Below, one piece after another: positions 50,181 through 63,801 of a stretch of DNA of 64,000 nucleotides. The DNA comes from Raillietiella orientalis. Lineage: Eukaryota. The DNA lies in the NCBI GenBank assembly GCA_036172245.1, contig JAYWIR010000028.1, positions 2,418,001-2,482,000 of the forward strand, given 5' to 3'. The notes beneath the pieces were generated by a model, which worked only from the letters and a program-made list of their open reading frames with translations, did no database searches and was not told where the DNA came from. A program made the translations under genes and the position numbers. Positions within the stretch are counted from its first letter, which is position 1; each line of letters begins with the position of its first letter.

Positions 50181-53100
50181 GAGCTTGGAGGCGCGCGTGG
50201 GAGCAGATTCTCTGAACGCATGCTGCCATCCTGCTGACGCACGGTGGAGCCTCCTCTCGCCATTTGAGGACCCCAGCATCCTCGTGGCGGTCCCACGCCC
50301 ACCTCCTCACGGGAATGGGCCTTTCACGAATTTTGAGGATGCGGAGGACCGCAACTGGAGGCAACGGACTGCAAATGGCGGGACGGCAGGGGTGCCTCTG
50401 GGCTGCCGCTCCTGTCCAGGCTGCAGCTTGAGGAAGAGAGGGTGAAATGGAGCAAGTGCAGCCTCACTCTCGTCTCGGTTCACGAGACGAACAGGCCTTG
50501 CCGTCTGGTTCGCCTCGAGCGTGATGGAACTGCCCGTCTCCATGGGGACCATTCCTCCCGCCAGGATGGGTGCCTCCCCGCTTGTCGCGGCCTGAGCCAC
50601 GCCGAAAGCAGGCAAAGCCGCCGGCAGAGCCAGCCAGCAGCTCGCAACACCACGCGCCATCCTTCAGTGCCCCTCCTCGCTCGTCGCGGCGAGGGCTCGT
50701 GGAAGCCGGAGGGACACTGTTGCCTCCTCGAGGGAGCGGAATCCTCTTTTTGCACTCAGACAGACGGGAGGCAAGAGAACTTCGCCTTAAATCCCCGGAG
50801 GAAAGAGCAGTCGGAGAGTCCCCAGGAATTCCTGTCACTCAGCCTCACGGCAGAGTGACAGTCCGGGGTTGCTGGTGGCGAAGTTGTAGTCTCCCAAGAG
50901 AGCTGGACCATCGGAAGACCACAGATTCGTAGTGCCCTATAGGCCCGTCCCGCCCTTCTCTCGCCTTCTCGTCTCCGCCTTACCGACCCCAGAGGTTGCG
51001 GCGTGAGGCACCCAGTTGACTCTGGGCGAAGTCCTCAGGCGGCGGCGGTCGAATTATTCCGTCACTCGCGCTTCTGCGCGTGAGCACCTGATGGTCGTCC
51101 GTCTTATCCGAAAGTGCAGCTCAAGAAGGGAAGAGGAGAGAGGACCCAGTCACCATGCAAGGGGAAGCGGTTCCCGGGAGCTTCCGGAGTGGACAGGAGA
51201 AATAGGACAGCAGCACAGAATACGGCCCAAAGCTCCTCATCCGCCGGTTCTCCTCCCGGAACACGAGCGTTTCCCCGGCAACCGGACAGGGATGCTCGAG
51301 TCCCTCATCCGGGAAGACAAGAAGAGAGAGTAAGTGAGAAAGGACGCATGGCAGGAATTGGGAAGCAACGCGTCCACTTTCCAGTTCGCCACTATTTTCT
51401 CCTAACTTTCGTCCGACCAGACTGCGCATTATACGCTCCCCTTGTATCCGTGGTGATCAACCTAGTGAGGTCAGTGAGACAATGCCACCAGGTCTCGACA
51501 CCCCCCACCCTGCACACACGCGCATACATGTCCGATGAAATGAGAGTGAGGAAGCTGACGCGGGTCGCGGATGGAGGGCGTAGATGAGAAAACGGAGCGC
51601 AAGCGCGCGCGGGAAGACGGAGTGACGTCAACTGCCAATGCCGATTCTCTGCTGCTGCCTCCACCACGCGGGCGTGAGAGAGACAAAGAGAAGGATAAGG
51701 GCAACGAAGCAGCAGCGGCGTCCCTTCTTCTTTTGCCCCTTCTCCGGCAAGAGCTTTGCCTGACTGTGGAACCCCCAGCCAAGGATGAATCTGGAGCCCC
51801 TGAAGCAGTGGAACGCAGAGAGCCATGTCCCTTCCAGAAGAGTCGATCGAGGGAAGGGCCACGCTGTCCGCACGGAGCTGAGGGTCCGCGGACGATCGGA
51901 CGAGAGGGACGCAAGAGCTATTTGCTCTTTCCTCCGCTTCCTCTCGGATGCCTCCGTGGGTGTAGGGGTACATCCGCGAAGCGTCTGCTCCCCCTCCCCG
52001 GACACTGGGTCTGCGTGAGAAGGAAGGATCAAGGAGCTGAGCGGCAGCCATCACAAACTGCTGTCTCCCAAGGCCACCGTCATCGCCGCGAGCGCACCTG
52101 TAGGCAGAGAGAGGGGGGAGCGAACAAATGGGGCCTTCAGGAAGGCCCCACTTGCCGGCTCCTGACTAGAGCGGGATTTTCCGTGGACGAGCTTGCTTGC
52201 TTCGGGACTTAAAATGGGGGGAGCGGCAGGTAGGGGAACATGCGCAGGAAGTTCCTTACCCTCTCCTCAGGGACGCTGGCAGTCGCCAGCTGGAGGTGGC
52301 TACTGTTGTGGCGCTCAGGAGCGGCGCCTTCAAACCCACTTGAAATCCCCTGGAAGGGAGCGCAAGGGCCGGAGAGCAACGAAGGAACTCGAATGGAACA
52401 GTGCAAGTGAATCCTCGCCCTTTTTTTCTTCCCCTTTTCTCACTTTCATTTCGCTGTAAGGCTCCGCTAGCGAGCGGGGTGCTGCTGGCGGCGTAGTCTG
52501 GACACTAGGAAGAGAGGTCTTCGCATCTCAGCCTGGTTTAACAAGTGCTGCTCGGTGCCGGAACAGGGCGGGAAGGGCCGACTAGGGAAGGAAGGGAGAG
52601 GGAGGGAGCGAAACGTCCGTCGTTCACTCTTCCCTTTCCCAAAAGAGTGGGATGAAGGAGGAAGGGCATGGAAAACACAGAAGCCGGACGAAGGATTCGT
52701 CGCGTAAATGGAAGCGTCCCGAGGCGATTCCTCCGGACGGAATAGCGGAAGCAGCTATGGGAGCACAGGACCGCAGTAGCACAACTCACCCTGCTTTCTT
52801 CCTGACAAGTTTCCTGGCTGCCGCTGCCGAGCCTGCTCCCTGATGAAGCCTCAGGAAGGGGCGGCTGAACAAGCAGGCACCAAGGAGGCGAGAAGGTTCT
52901 CCTTCCCTCTCTCCCTTTATCGAGAATGGGATAGGTCCCTGCCGACTTGCGGGCCCCCTCAAGGTATCGGGGAGATTCCAAGAAAGGAGGAGATAAGGGT
53001 GGAAGGAGTAATAAGGAAACTTCCCGGTCTCCTAACAGACTGAGAAAAAGAGACACTTCTGTCGCCTTTCGCGCTTTAAAGGGTCCCTAGCTACCGGTGA

Positions 53101-56100
53101 GAGACATCTTCAGGGACCGAGGAGACGGAGTACGCTGCAAGGAGAGGCAGGGGAAGCTGAAAGAGAAGAGAAAGGGAAAGGTGGTAAGAGTTATTATAGG
53201 GAAGGGGAGGAGGAGGAAGAAAAGAGAAAGAAAGGAAAAGAAGCCACAGCAAGCGATAGCCACCCTCAATTTGCGAACCCCGCAGGGCCGCTGGGATCGC
53301 TGCGGGTTTTCACCCGACGGATAGCTAGAAAGATGCAGGCAAATTGGCAGCAACGAAACCTGCCGCGAGGCTCTACCTGGAAGCTTCACACTCGAGGAGA
53401 GATGCAAAGAGTGCAGGAAGATCGCGTCCTCGTCCTCCCTTCTTTCCTTTTCCCCTTTCCACCAGTAGTGCCCTGATGACCCCCCTGATCCAGAAGACCC
53501 TGTGTCGAGTCCTCTGGTGAGCTAGCGTTTCGGACGTGGAAGGTCGGAGGACCATCGGAGGACGCTCCCTGCTCTGCGAGCGACGCGGTACCCCGCGGAT
53601 GATCCCATTGTGCCTCGCTTCCTGCCCAGCTCCGGAATGCTGTCAGAAGAGCTCGCCTGGTCCTCGACGACGCCTTCTGGCGGGGTGCATTCGGACTCCC
53701 TTCTTCCTGGAGTGGCAGGAGCTGTACCTCGCCCCCTTCCACTCATGACAACCCTGCAAGACCGGCTGGCGGCCTCTCCTCCGCCCACGGCGTGCAGGCG
53801 GAGGCGGCGCTTCCCTGCCGTCTCTTCCGAGTTCCCGAAATCAGTGGTCCTTCGGCCCGCCCGGGAGCCTCCTTGCTGATCAGAGAGTCCCTTCTTGAGC
53901 GGATCGATGACGATAGGTGCTTTCAGGATCCCGACGGCAGCTCTCCGCCGCTCGGGAGCTGGGAGGTCCCCCTCAGGGGGCTGCTTGGGATTCTGCAAAA
54001 CACGTCTGATCAAAATGTGAGGAAGAACGGAGTCATTCCCGAAGAGATAAGATGGATTTGTGGATTACGGGATGAATAATGCATACAGGATCGATAGGGG
54101 ATTTCACCGAAGGGCACCAAACAGTACTCTTATGGTCCGGATGCAGCCTCCGTAGAAGACGCGCCTCTCGAGCAAACCTCCTGCTGCCTTTCGTGATCAG
54201 AGATCCGGAGTCATCAATCCTGCTGTATCTTTCGACGCATCTCGAGTGGATGAGAGGCTGGATGAGTGGGGGAGGCCAGAAGCATCCATTTCGAGAGGGA
54301 ATCGCTCGTCTTCGCGCCTCCAGAACGCCCCACCACGGCGGGGGGATGCCTGCTGAGTGTTCCGCGGACCTGCCTCACACTCCCGCCGCCTCTGCTTTCA
54401 GTTCGCCCGAGGCCACGTTGCGCCCGGAGAGGAGTAAGTAACCGTACTTTTCTTCCCGGGTAAGCAAAGCAAGAGAGGTGCGGTTGCTCTGATGCAGAAG
54501 AGGAGCAAATGAGAGAGAGCGCCACTCTTCCCCCAGCAGAGGGGAGGTGGTGGGAGAGAAGCCTATGCGGTTGCGGGAGCACGGCTTTCGGCCCACGCAA
54601 GCGCCTCGCCGTCCGACGGCTGTGGCTGCGAGCGGCAAAGTGCCGAGCGCGTGCGCGCGCATCGCGGGAAAGAGAAACTTCCTAGCGTGATGCGCGCTTC
54701 GCTTCCATCTTGCCCGCTATTATTACTTCATTTTCCTCCTCGCTTCCCCACTATTATTATTTTTACTATCTATTATTATCATCGTCTTCCCCTTCCTCCT
54801 CCTCTTTCCCCCTTCAAAAAAGAGGAAAAAAAGGAAGCGAAATTCCTTGGCAGTTCCCATCAGGATCCCTCAGAGCATGATTGCATGCACACATGGGCGT
54901 CCCTTGAAGGGTCCACTGCTCCTTAAAAGGATCGGGGTAGTTGGAAGAAAACCTTCATCAATCTGCTCCCACACTCTGGGGCAGCCGGGAGAAAGAAGGG
55001 TGGAAAAAAGGAGGAGGAGAGAGATGGGGCAGTCAGGGAGAGACGACGGGGCGACGTGAGCGAATCCCAGGAAGGTGCTGGGAGCAAGTGAGATTGATCG
55101 CTGACCCGAGGGGAGAACTCGAAGATGAGAATTATATGGAAGAGAAGTGCCATGAGCCTCCTCCTGGTTGCATTTGCACCAGCACGGCGACCATGGTGTC
55201 CGAAGCTTGCAAGTTGCCCCATTACCGGTCCCGGGGAGATTCAAGGGGAGCTTCCTCCGAAACTGGTGACCTTTATTGCGGGTTTGGGCCGTCCGCTTCG
55301 ATTGCCAGCACCAAGATGACAACGACAAAGCATACACAGCGCCGCGTCAAGCTTCGTCTCTCGACCGGAGGGAGGACACTAGCCGTCGATCCGGAACCTC
55401 GGTTGCCCTTGGTAACGACGAGACTTCTCTCACACCTCGGTTAGCAGTGTCAGTGTGCGTGCTCTCACGGAGCGCAGCATTCGTGGGTCCCCTCCGAAGA
55501 ACCCCCTGGCCGCGCCGACGAGAGTGAACGGTGAACCCCATGCACCCTGATCGCGATCGTCTTTCCCTCTGGACCAGGTGCGCATGCCGGATACAACTGC
55601 CCTAGTTCTCCTCCTCTCTCCTCATCACGTCTCACGCCTTGCCGTCCGCAGACTTCCGTTGGGGAGAGCTTCTGCTCCAATCGAGGGAGGGAAGAGAATA
55701 GGATGAATGGAGAGATGGGTTTCTCCCGTTCTTCGGTTACCGTCCGATGGGTTCACCACGAACCTTCGGCTAGATGGCCGCGCGGACTTTCGGTGACCGG
55801 AGAGTGGGAGAGGTCCTTTGGGATGCGAAGCCACCGAGTCCCGTCTCTCGTGACCTCTCCAGGTGGGAAGGATTTTTGGAGAGCATTGAGGGAACTCTCG
55901 GCGTGGTCGGGTCAGGAACCACTGTCGAACTCATGAGGTCTGGGACCAGCTCTTCTAATCCTGCCGTTCCAGAGCAGCAGCGAAGACTTCCTAAGATAAA
56001 CGATCTTTGAGGGATGCTGTCTCTGAGCACTTTGGACCTGGAGGACTCTTTCCAGCTCCGGCGAAAGTTTGCTTCCAGCTGAGCTTGGCGAGGACTCCGG

Positions 56101-59100
56101 GATGCGACGCTCTGGTCTCTGCTCTGGATGCTACCATGCTCTCCGCGACAGCATCACCTGCAGGAGTCCATAGAAATAACAGGAGTGAGAGCAGACTCTC
56201 CCCCAGGGAAAGACTGAGGATCGATTGCAGAGGAGGAAGGGGGAGTCGAGAGGTGATAGAAGGCTCTCTCCAGTCGAACAGCTGTGGGCCACATCCCTCC
56301 CAAGACCTTCCTGGTCAAAAGAAATCCCCCAACTGGCAAGATAACAGATGTGAGATGCTACTCTTGACTCCGGAGGGTAAAGTTCGTCCACCGCTTTTCT
56401 GACCTGACTTTCACGCCCCGGCTTCACGCACTGTGCGTCGCGCGCAAAAGCCACCGCACTTGACCCTTCCCTTCCCCTTTCCATTTCCCTTAGAGGATGC
56501 ATCAAAGCCACGGCATGTACGGAGGAGGCAACTTCCATGGAGCAGCACGTTCCGCTTTGGAAGGACTTCTGCAAGAATGCAAGAGCATGAGTGGCATCCG
56601 ATCATCCCCTAGAGGGCTCCATCAGCAATGGCAATAAAAGTGGGGTAAGGATCGAAGCATTGAGAAAAATTGCCATAGAGGAAAAGCATTAATTTCAAAT
56701 GGAAACTCCCTCTTGTTCACGGAACAATGATCCTAAGGCGGTCCATGAATCTTCCGGAGGCTGTGTACCTGTCCTCACTACCAGCCTTCCCAAGACCATG
56801 TCTCCAGATGGCGCGTCAAAAGGTTGCTGTTTTTCTCTTCGGAGCGAACCTTTCAGGACTTTTCCCCCTGATTTTAATGCCTCGCAGTCATCGCCAGCTT
56901 GTCTTTGGTTACCCCATTTCCTTGGCGTCATCGTTCTGAGTGCATTGCCTCGAAAAGAGGGATCCATTTAGCAAATTTGAAATTGCAGCAGCATCACGCT
57001 CAGGATTTCACATGATCACGTGCGAATCCGAATAACTCCAATACGTGGAAGAGGGTGATGCCATTCCTCTCATTCCATCTGTGTTCCTCTCGAAGAACAA
57101 TCTTCCACCAGGAAAATCCCTCCGTGGCACAGGCACTGCAAGAAGCGCAGCTGGAAGAGCATATCTCGATTCAAGAGCGCGTCATCACGACGATGCACTC
57201 CTCCTAGAAGAGGGCAACGAGATGATCCCACCTAGTGTACCTGAGGGTGGAACTGGGCAGCATCCTGCACACGAAGCAGAGTATCTCCGGGGACGACGTC
57301 CCACCCTCACCGCTTTACACAGGCAATTGAATATAGTTTTTTTTTTTATCTCGTTTATTTGACACCCCTTACCCTCCTTCTCCAGGGAAGGACTCACTTG
57401 TAAGCCAGCTGGCTTCTAACTAGGTCATTTAGAATCCTTCGCGCTTTGGAAGGAACTCGTGTCCTTCCTGCATTCCTTAATTTTATTTTATTTTATTTTT
57501 GTTGTTTATTTTGTTACGAGCTAAAGGAAATGTCCAGGGAGCAGTCGGATCTCACTGGTGGAGAACACTGAACACGTATACGTTAGACCATGGCTCCTCA
57601 CACGCTGCCGCAGATGGGTGATAGGATTGGAGGATGGAAGGCAGCATCATCAAGAAAACATCTCCGGGCCCAGCATCTCAAGATCATTCCGAAGGACATT
57701 GAGACGACTGCATGGTGGAAAGCTGTCTGCAGGCACCTCCCCGAAAAGGATGAACATTTTTTCATTTCAACCATTTCATTTGAAGATTTTGAACCTGGAG
57801 CAATCGATGGAAAGAGGAACAGGCCCACAGGCGACATCGGAAGCCACGGATGCGCCCGCGCGAACCGCAGTAGGCAAAGCGAGCGTTTGAGCGGATCTAA
57901 GTACCCAGCATCACATCCAAGGACCTGACGTTGGGTGCGCACGTGAGAGCGGAAACCACCTCAGACCCAGTTCAATGCCAGGCCGCATGCACATCCCTCT
58001 TCACTGAACATTCGGACCGAGGAAAGACAGCGAGGCGGCAGCATCGGGCCTCGGGGCATTTCCTATCCAGCGGAGGACAGCTTCGGTCTGCAGATTGCCG
58101 CTTTATCCACGCAACCTCTTTCCTTCCTGTTCTGGCACTGCCCACCAGGGACGGCTGTGGCCACTCGTGCAGAGGATGCGAAAGATTGGAGGATCCTCAA
58201 CGCATTCGTTGGCAGACTGACCACGATCGCGAAGAGGCTCGAAGAGGTGATGACCCCCGATCAAAAAGGTTAGCCTGAGACTCAGGGAGTAGATGGTCTC
58301 CGGCTCTGCCAGGCTATCCCAAAAACCCAGACTCGGAGCACGGACCTACGGGGAAGGGAAAGGGGCGTCGTTGGCCCTATGGATATTAGGCAGCGGCCTG
58401 AAGGAGGCGTAGAGGAAGAAGGAAAACCAAAGTAAAGAAGCAGCCCTGTGACTCGCCTCAGACGGAGTTCCCTCCATCCCAAGAGCAATCCGGGTGCGAT
58501 CTAGGTGTGCTGCCGCAGAAAGCATTTCCGGAATGGGTACTACCAGGAACAACGGATGGTTTACTTCTAGTAACTAAAGAGCCTCCGAAAATCACAAGAG
58601 ACGTCTGCGGGAAGGCACAGGAGGAGGAAAAGATAGGTGCGTCCCACCTTAATCTGTTTGCAACCCCTTTTCGGCATTATTTTATGATCTAAGATGTAAA
58701 CAAAGCTGAGTTTTGTTCCTGAATGCAAGTTTGGCGCCTCCGGATTTCTGCGACACTAGCATCACTGTGACCATCAACGCCTTTGACCCTAAGGCTCAGT
58801 TCTGAGCAGCGTGGTTTTAAAGCCACACAAAGGGTGTGCGGGGAGCAGAACTCAGTAGAGGTTTCGCTTTTTTCTTTTTTTCCCGTGGATTTATTCTGGA
58901 ACACTGGAGATGCACATAGATGTGTAGGCGGAGGAAGGTTTTGCAACTTCCAGTGCCTTCTCTGCATGTCGATGATCACATCGCTATCTCTCTCTTTTGA
59001 AGGTGGCATTTTCTCACCTTTCTTTCATGAGAGCACCTTGAGGTGATCCACGGATGGATGGAAAAAGAATGGGTGAACACTGAAATTCTGTACAGGTGGA

Positions 59101-60877
59101 CTCTATTGGGATGCTAAGGGAAGCTTAATCTGGATATCCAAACTGAAGAATTTTCTCGCACAAAATGTTCCCATGGTCGTGGCAAGACTGATCCAAGGCG
59201 GACGGAAATGACTCTTGCGTCACCAGCCTCAGGGAACCCTAAGAAAGCAGCCCACATCCACTTAAGATCTACTCTGACGGTTCCCGATATTCCCAACGAC
59301 AAAACATCAGGTTTTCCTTATTTCATCCACCGGCGTGCGAAGCGCATGGACGAGCTCGCTGCCTTGGAGATAAAAAACAAACAAACGCAGTCCACTGGGC
59401 TCCCCCCGTAGCGATGCCAACGGCGGAGCCTGCATGATGAACGAGAACACTTGAAAATACTTGTTTTCAAATGAAGATCTAGATCCAAGATAGAGGAACT
59501 CTTTGGCTCTCCCAGAGCATGGAGCGCGGCTCAGACTGCGCTGCGAAAACAGGGGTCGCACTGATCTCTGACGGTTCCAAGGAGACGGCAGTTTGTTTGC
59601 AGAACCTCCGGACGAGTGTCTGCTATTGCTTTCTTGCAAAGTCTTTGTAGACCCACTTTAAGGATTGAGAGCGGTGTCGCTTCCCCGGTTGGATCAGGAA
59701 AGCAGCTGCTCCGCTTGGAAAAACGATACACACCCAAGAGAAAAGGAGAGAGAACAGCATACTCAGCCACGCGCCATTATGGGAAAACCGATTCCCGTAG
59801 AACAGACGTTCCCAGAGACTGCATTTGGAAAAACCTGGGAAAGGGAAGCGGAGGGAGAAGGAGGAACCACGAGACGAGAAGAGGTAAACATCGGGGATTA
59901 AGGATGGCTCGCTTTCAAAGCGAGGATCACAGCTCGGGGTGGTAGGAGGGATGCGGAATCGAAGGTAACAGCATCCCATCGGCGTTCCCCGCTTTTACTC
60001 TGAAACGGCGGGCTAAAAATACGGCGAGTGATGATGGGTGCTGGAGTCACAAAGAGGCGTGATCTTAAAAACGATCTAAAATTAAAACAAAAGATAGAAG
60101 GCGACGGATCCGCGCATACCTGCGTGTGTTGTGAGCGCGCGTGTTTTTGTGCCTTCAGTCATCAAGGTCATCATCATGCTCGCGACGAAGAAGCTGCCTC
60201 GTCATCTTGCTGGCGCTCCATATCTCACGACGCTTGCAGTTCCCCCAGCCACCTCCCTCCCTGCCCGTGACGCAGAACTCCCAGCTCCAGGAAGGATTCC
60301 AACGCTTTCTCTTTATCAAGAGTGTGGGTTTTTCTTGCATCCAAAGCTGGCCGACCTACCTTCCGCAGGACGGCGGCTCCGCAGCGCTTCGGGGGGAAGA
60401 GGGAGAGCAAGAAGGGTGCTGACCAAAAGCGAGCCGAAGAGAAAAGGGAACACGGAAGCCACGTGCTCCAAGGATGGCTGGAATCCGTACCACTTCCTTC
60501 CTTTTTCCTCCTCTCCTTTTCATTTCCTTGCGAGGAGCACCGAACTTTGCTCCACACTCTCGCCGTGTCCTTCGTTCCGTATTTGATGCTCGCGTTTTCC
60601 CGTATTTTCAGGAAGCAGCCAGCGAAAGGACCCGCACCGGAGCTCTGTCCTCTGCGCACACCTTCACTCTCCTTTTTGATCTCAGACACGTCATTCAACC
60701 ACACGGATGAAGGATGGCGGCATTTTCTTACGAACACATCACTGTTATCACGGATTGTCGTCTGCAGCGCTCACATATGCACGTGTGGAGATGCGCGTAT
60801 TGCATGCCTGCAGAACCATGATCAGATAATTTAGACGATTTCTCATGTATGGAAGACACGCATATGTGCTCAAACAT

Positions 60878-60892
60878 GTGTGTGTGTGTGTG
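60878..60892. repeat. (TG)n microsatellite
   Basis: Short pure TG dinucleotide run. Confidence 0.8.
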
Positions 60893-61369
60893 ATGAATAC
60901 GCATGACGACTCTGAGAAACAGAAACTAGGAGAAATCTAAGCGGCGCGCATACGTTGCTCGAAGACTTCAGATGCAGGGCGACGGCTTCAGCAGGAAGCA
61001 TTCGGATGACTCACAGGACCCAAGCCATAGGTGCACAGCTTGCAATCCTCAGGCCCCTTGCAATATTGCAACCTCAGGCCTGCTTCCCCTTGCGACGGAA
61101 AGGTCGCCGGCATCCACTGTGTGCAGTCCCGTAGGACAGAGCTGTTCCACTATCGAATGACAAAGAGTGGTCTGGAAGAGAAAGTACCATTCCATCTTGT
61201 ACTTGGTACAGGCGATTCTGAATTCCGAAGCTCACGTAAGCGGAAGTGCTCTGAATCTTCAGCGTAACGCACAACTTGAAAAACTTTGAAAATTATAACT
61301 TGAAAAACGGTGCACGTACTCCCTGCAGGCAGCGACACGCCTCTTTATCGGTCCATGGCATCACCTAAT

Positions 61370-61388
61370 AAAAAAAAAAAAAAAAAAA
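61370..61388 (+). repeat. Poly(A) tract (19 A) overlapping an AATAAA
   Basis: CTAAT followed by A19; one of many homopolymer tracts in the window. Confidence 0.75.
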
Positions 61389-63801
61389 TCCCAAGGAAAA
61401 TGCATGCACTCAAACGGTTGCGTGTACATTCCCACAGTGCAAACATCTGTAATTGGGTACAGATATACGTAGATGATTAAATGGATGTTTGCTGTGGTAA
61501 TTCGTTACGGTTATTTCCATCGTCATAGGTGATTCATCCAAAAGAATAACAACGCGACGAGTATCCCCGAGATATTCTGTTATTTATGGGCTGCCACCAT
61601 GCAATCATCCTATCTGCATCCCTGCTGACGCATGAGAAATATGTATTGCATCCGAACGACGCTCTCTGATTCTAATTATCCTTTTGTCGGCAGCACTCGG
61701 AAACTTTGCATCGGTGGTCCTTGCTGGAGAAGCGAAGGCGTCTGTCTGCCGTCACCATAGAAAACCTGCTGGGAGCCAAGTCCTACTAGGATTGTGAGGG
61801 TGTGGATCCCTTGAATAACGGTTGGTCAACAAGAATGGCGTAAGGGACGAAACCAGGTCAACAAGCGCACTTCGCAAGCATGCAACAATCAGGTCAATAC
61901 ATGAGTGTATCGACCTGTGGTCCGTTGCTACGAATAGGTTGCCTAGCGCTGACCTAAACACTCCCTAATGGCGCGCTATCGAAGGAGTGAAATGGTACGT
62001 TGCAGAGCAATCTTTACTGAGCAAGGAATTATCCCGGTTTCGCGAGGAGACAAAACGATGTTTCGTAAATGCATGAAACCAGTTTTCACGTTCTTCTTGG
62101 CACCCGATGCAGCTGGGTGCTTAGCAACTGCGACCACTCGACGGGCTGATGAAGGGGCACAAACCTCGAAAGCTTGGAAGTGAATGAGTTCCTCACTATA
62201 CCTCACCGTGAATTCTTCGAATCGCGGAAATGATCACAATATGTGCGTTCTTCTTCTTCTGAAATTTCGCGAACGACGCTGTCACAAAATGCAGAAAGCT
62301 GGTGGGATTGAAACAGCACTAAGTGGCACATCGATCAAACACGAGTGTTCTGTTCGATGGCACAGATGAACTAAGAGAGCGAACCATCTCTGCTCGCGAG
62401 GTTCCCGGTCCAACAAGTTCATCAGAAGGCCAGCCCATCCCAAGTGCAATTGGAAGCGGAAAGAGCATGAAATTGGGGCTTCCGTCTCGGCACGTCGAAC
62501 AGGTTTCACCATGTTTTTTAGATTCGTCGAGGGAAAAGAAGGGGGGAAAAAAAGGAGAGGTAATCGACTGTGGATGCTCCGAACGATCGCAGCCGAACTC
62601 AAATCGGCGATGGACGAGCATCCTCTGATCCCTTAAGCGAAACGCAGCAGCGCTCTTGCGCCATTGCGAGGACGGTGGCGCTCCGAGAGCAAATGGCGTC
62701 GAACCGAGGTGACGCTTCTGACAATTTTCTCCGAGCAGATTCCTCCGCGCTTCTTCCGCAGGAAAAACAATAACAAAGATGCACTCTTCTCGAGAGATTC
62801 ACTCGATTTTTCGTCCAGGAAGAGCGGAGCGGATGCGCAAATGTGTTGGCGCCGGCGGCTGCAAGCCTACGTGTGCGATATCGGCAAATGAAGAAGGAGT
62901 TCACGGAACCCAAACGTCAGCGACCGGGTCCGTTCGAGAGATCCCTCGATTCAATATTTTTTTTTTTTCCTTGCATCCGAATTAGTAAACAGAGCTGCGG
63001 AATGCGGAGTCTGTTCTAATTGAATTGCTTTCAGCCTCGCAACGGAAACTTTGCGATGCTCTTCCTTCGCGAATGAATGGATAACTTCTCTATGGGAAGC
63101 TGAAGCGTCAAGGAATCACGTCAGGGAAAAGCAAAAGGGTTTCGGAGGATGAAAGGCGCAGGCATCACGTTTGGAAGCATCCTTTTCGAAAGCTCTCCAA
63201 GGAGGGGAACCGGAAGATGAAACGTACGAATTTACACTCCGACAGCGAAAACCAAAGAAGAAAAACGGATGCTTGCGATTCGGAACAGAATGTGGTAAGC
63301 AGTGGAGTAATGCAGAGCTGAGTTTTCGATTGAGCACGAGAATCGGTGATTATTAGGTCTTTTCGCCTTTCCTGTAGGCCGGCTGAATCACCTACTGATT
63401 TGATAGTGTAGAGCCTGCAACAAAAAAACTCCCGGATGGTAAATGTCAGCTGCTTCCGGTCCTCTCCGTCACACCCCCGTCAGAAGCAGTGCTCATTGCC
63501 GCTTGTGGAATATGGAACTCTGGATAACTCTGGAAGCATTTGCTTCTCCTCAAGCGAGAATCTCTTCAGCCCTCCGCAACTTTGATTGCTTCCTGGGGAA
63601 ACTAGAATGTGCATACCTGTGATCTTTTCGATTCCCCTTCCCTTGTCTCCAGGACACGTTAGTAGGACCTCTTGTGCGTGTCCTTGATTTCTCCCTAGAT
63701 TCCTTGGATGCTTCGATCAACATGTCTTTAGATGCCAAATCCCTTGCGTAAATCGCGTCTCCAGATACGTTCCAGTTGCATGCGGCCTGAAAGATGTAGT
63801 G

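Noticed and set aside
57120..57710. H3-like words ALQEA…AYL (~57133-57168) and IIPKDI (~57683-57700)
   Set aside because: Needs several indels and a ~500-bp gap; too short to distinguish from chance.
61300..61400. AATAAA plus A19 as a retrocopy or SINE tail
   Set aside because: No target-site duplication or recognisable body upstream, and A/T homopolymers are common throughout the window.
62790..62875. H2A-like words (IH…VGAG) about 1 kb from the H2B relic
   Set aside because: Only 4-6 matching residues and no continuation into YLAAVLEY; not supportable by eye.
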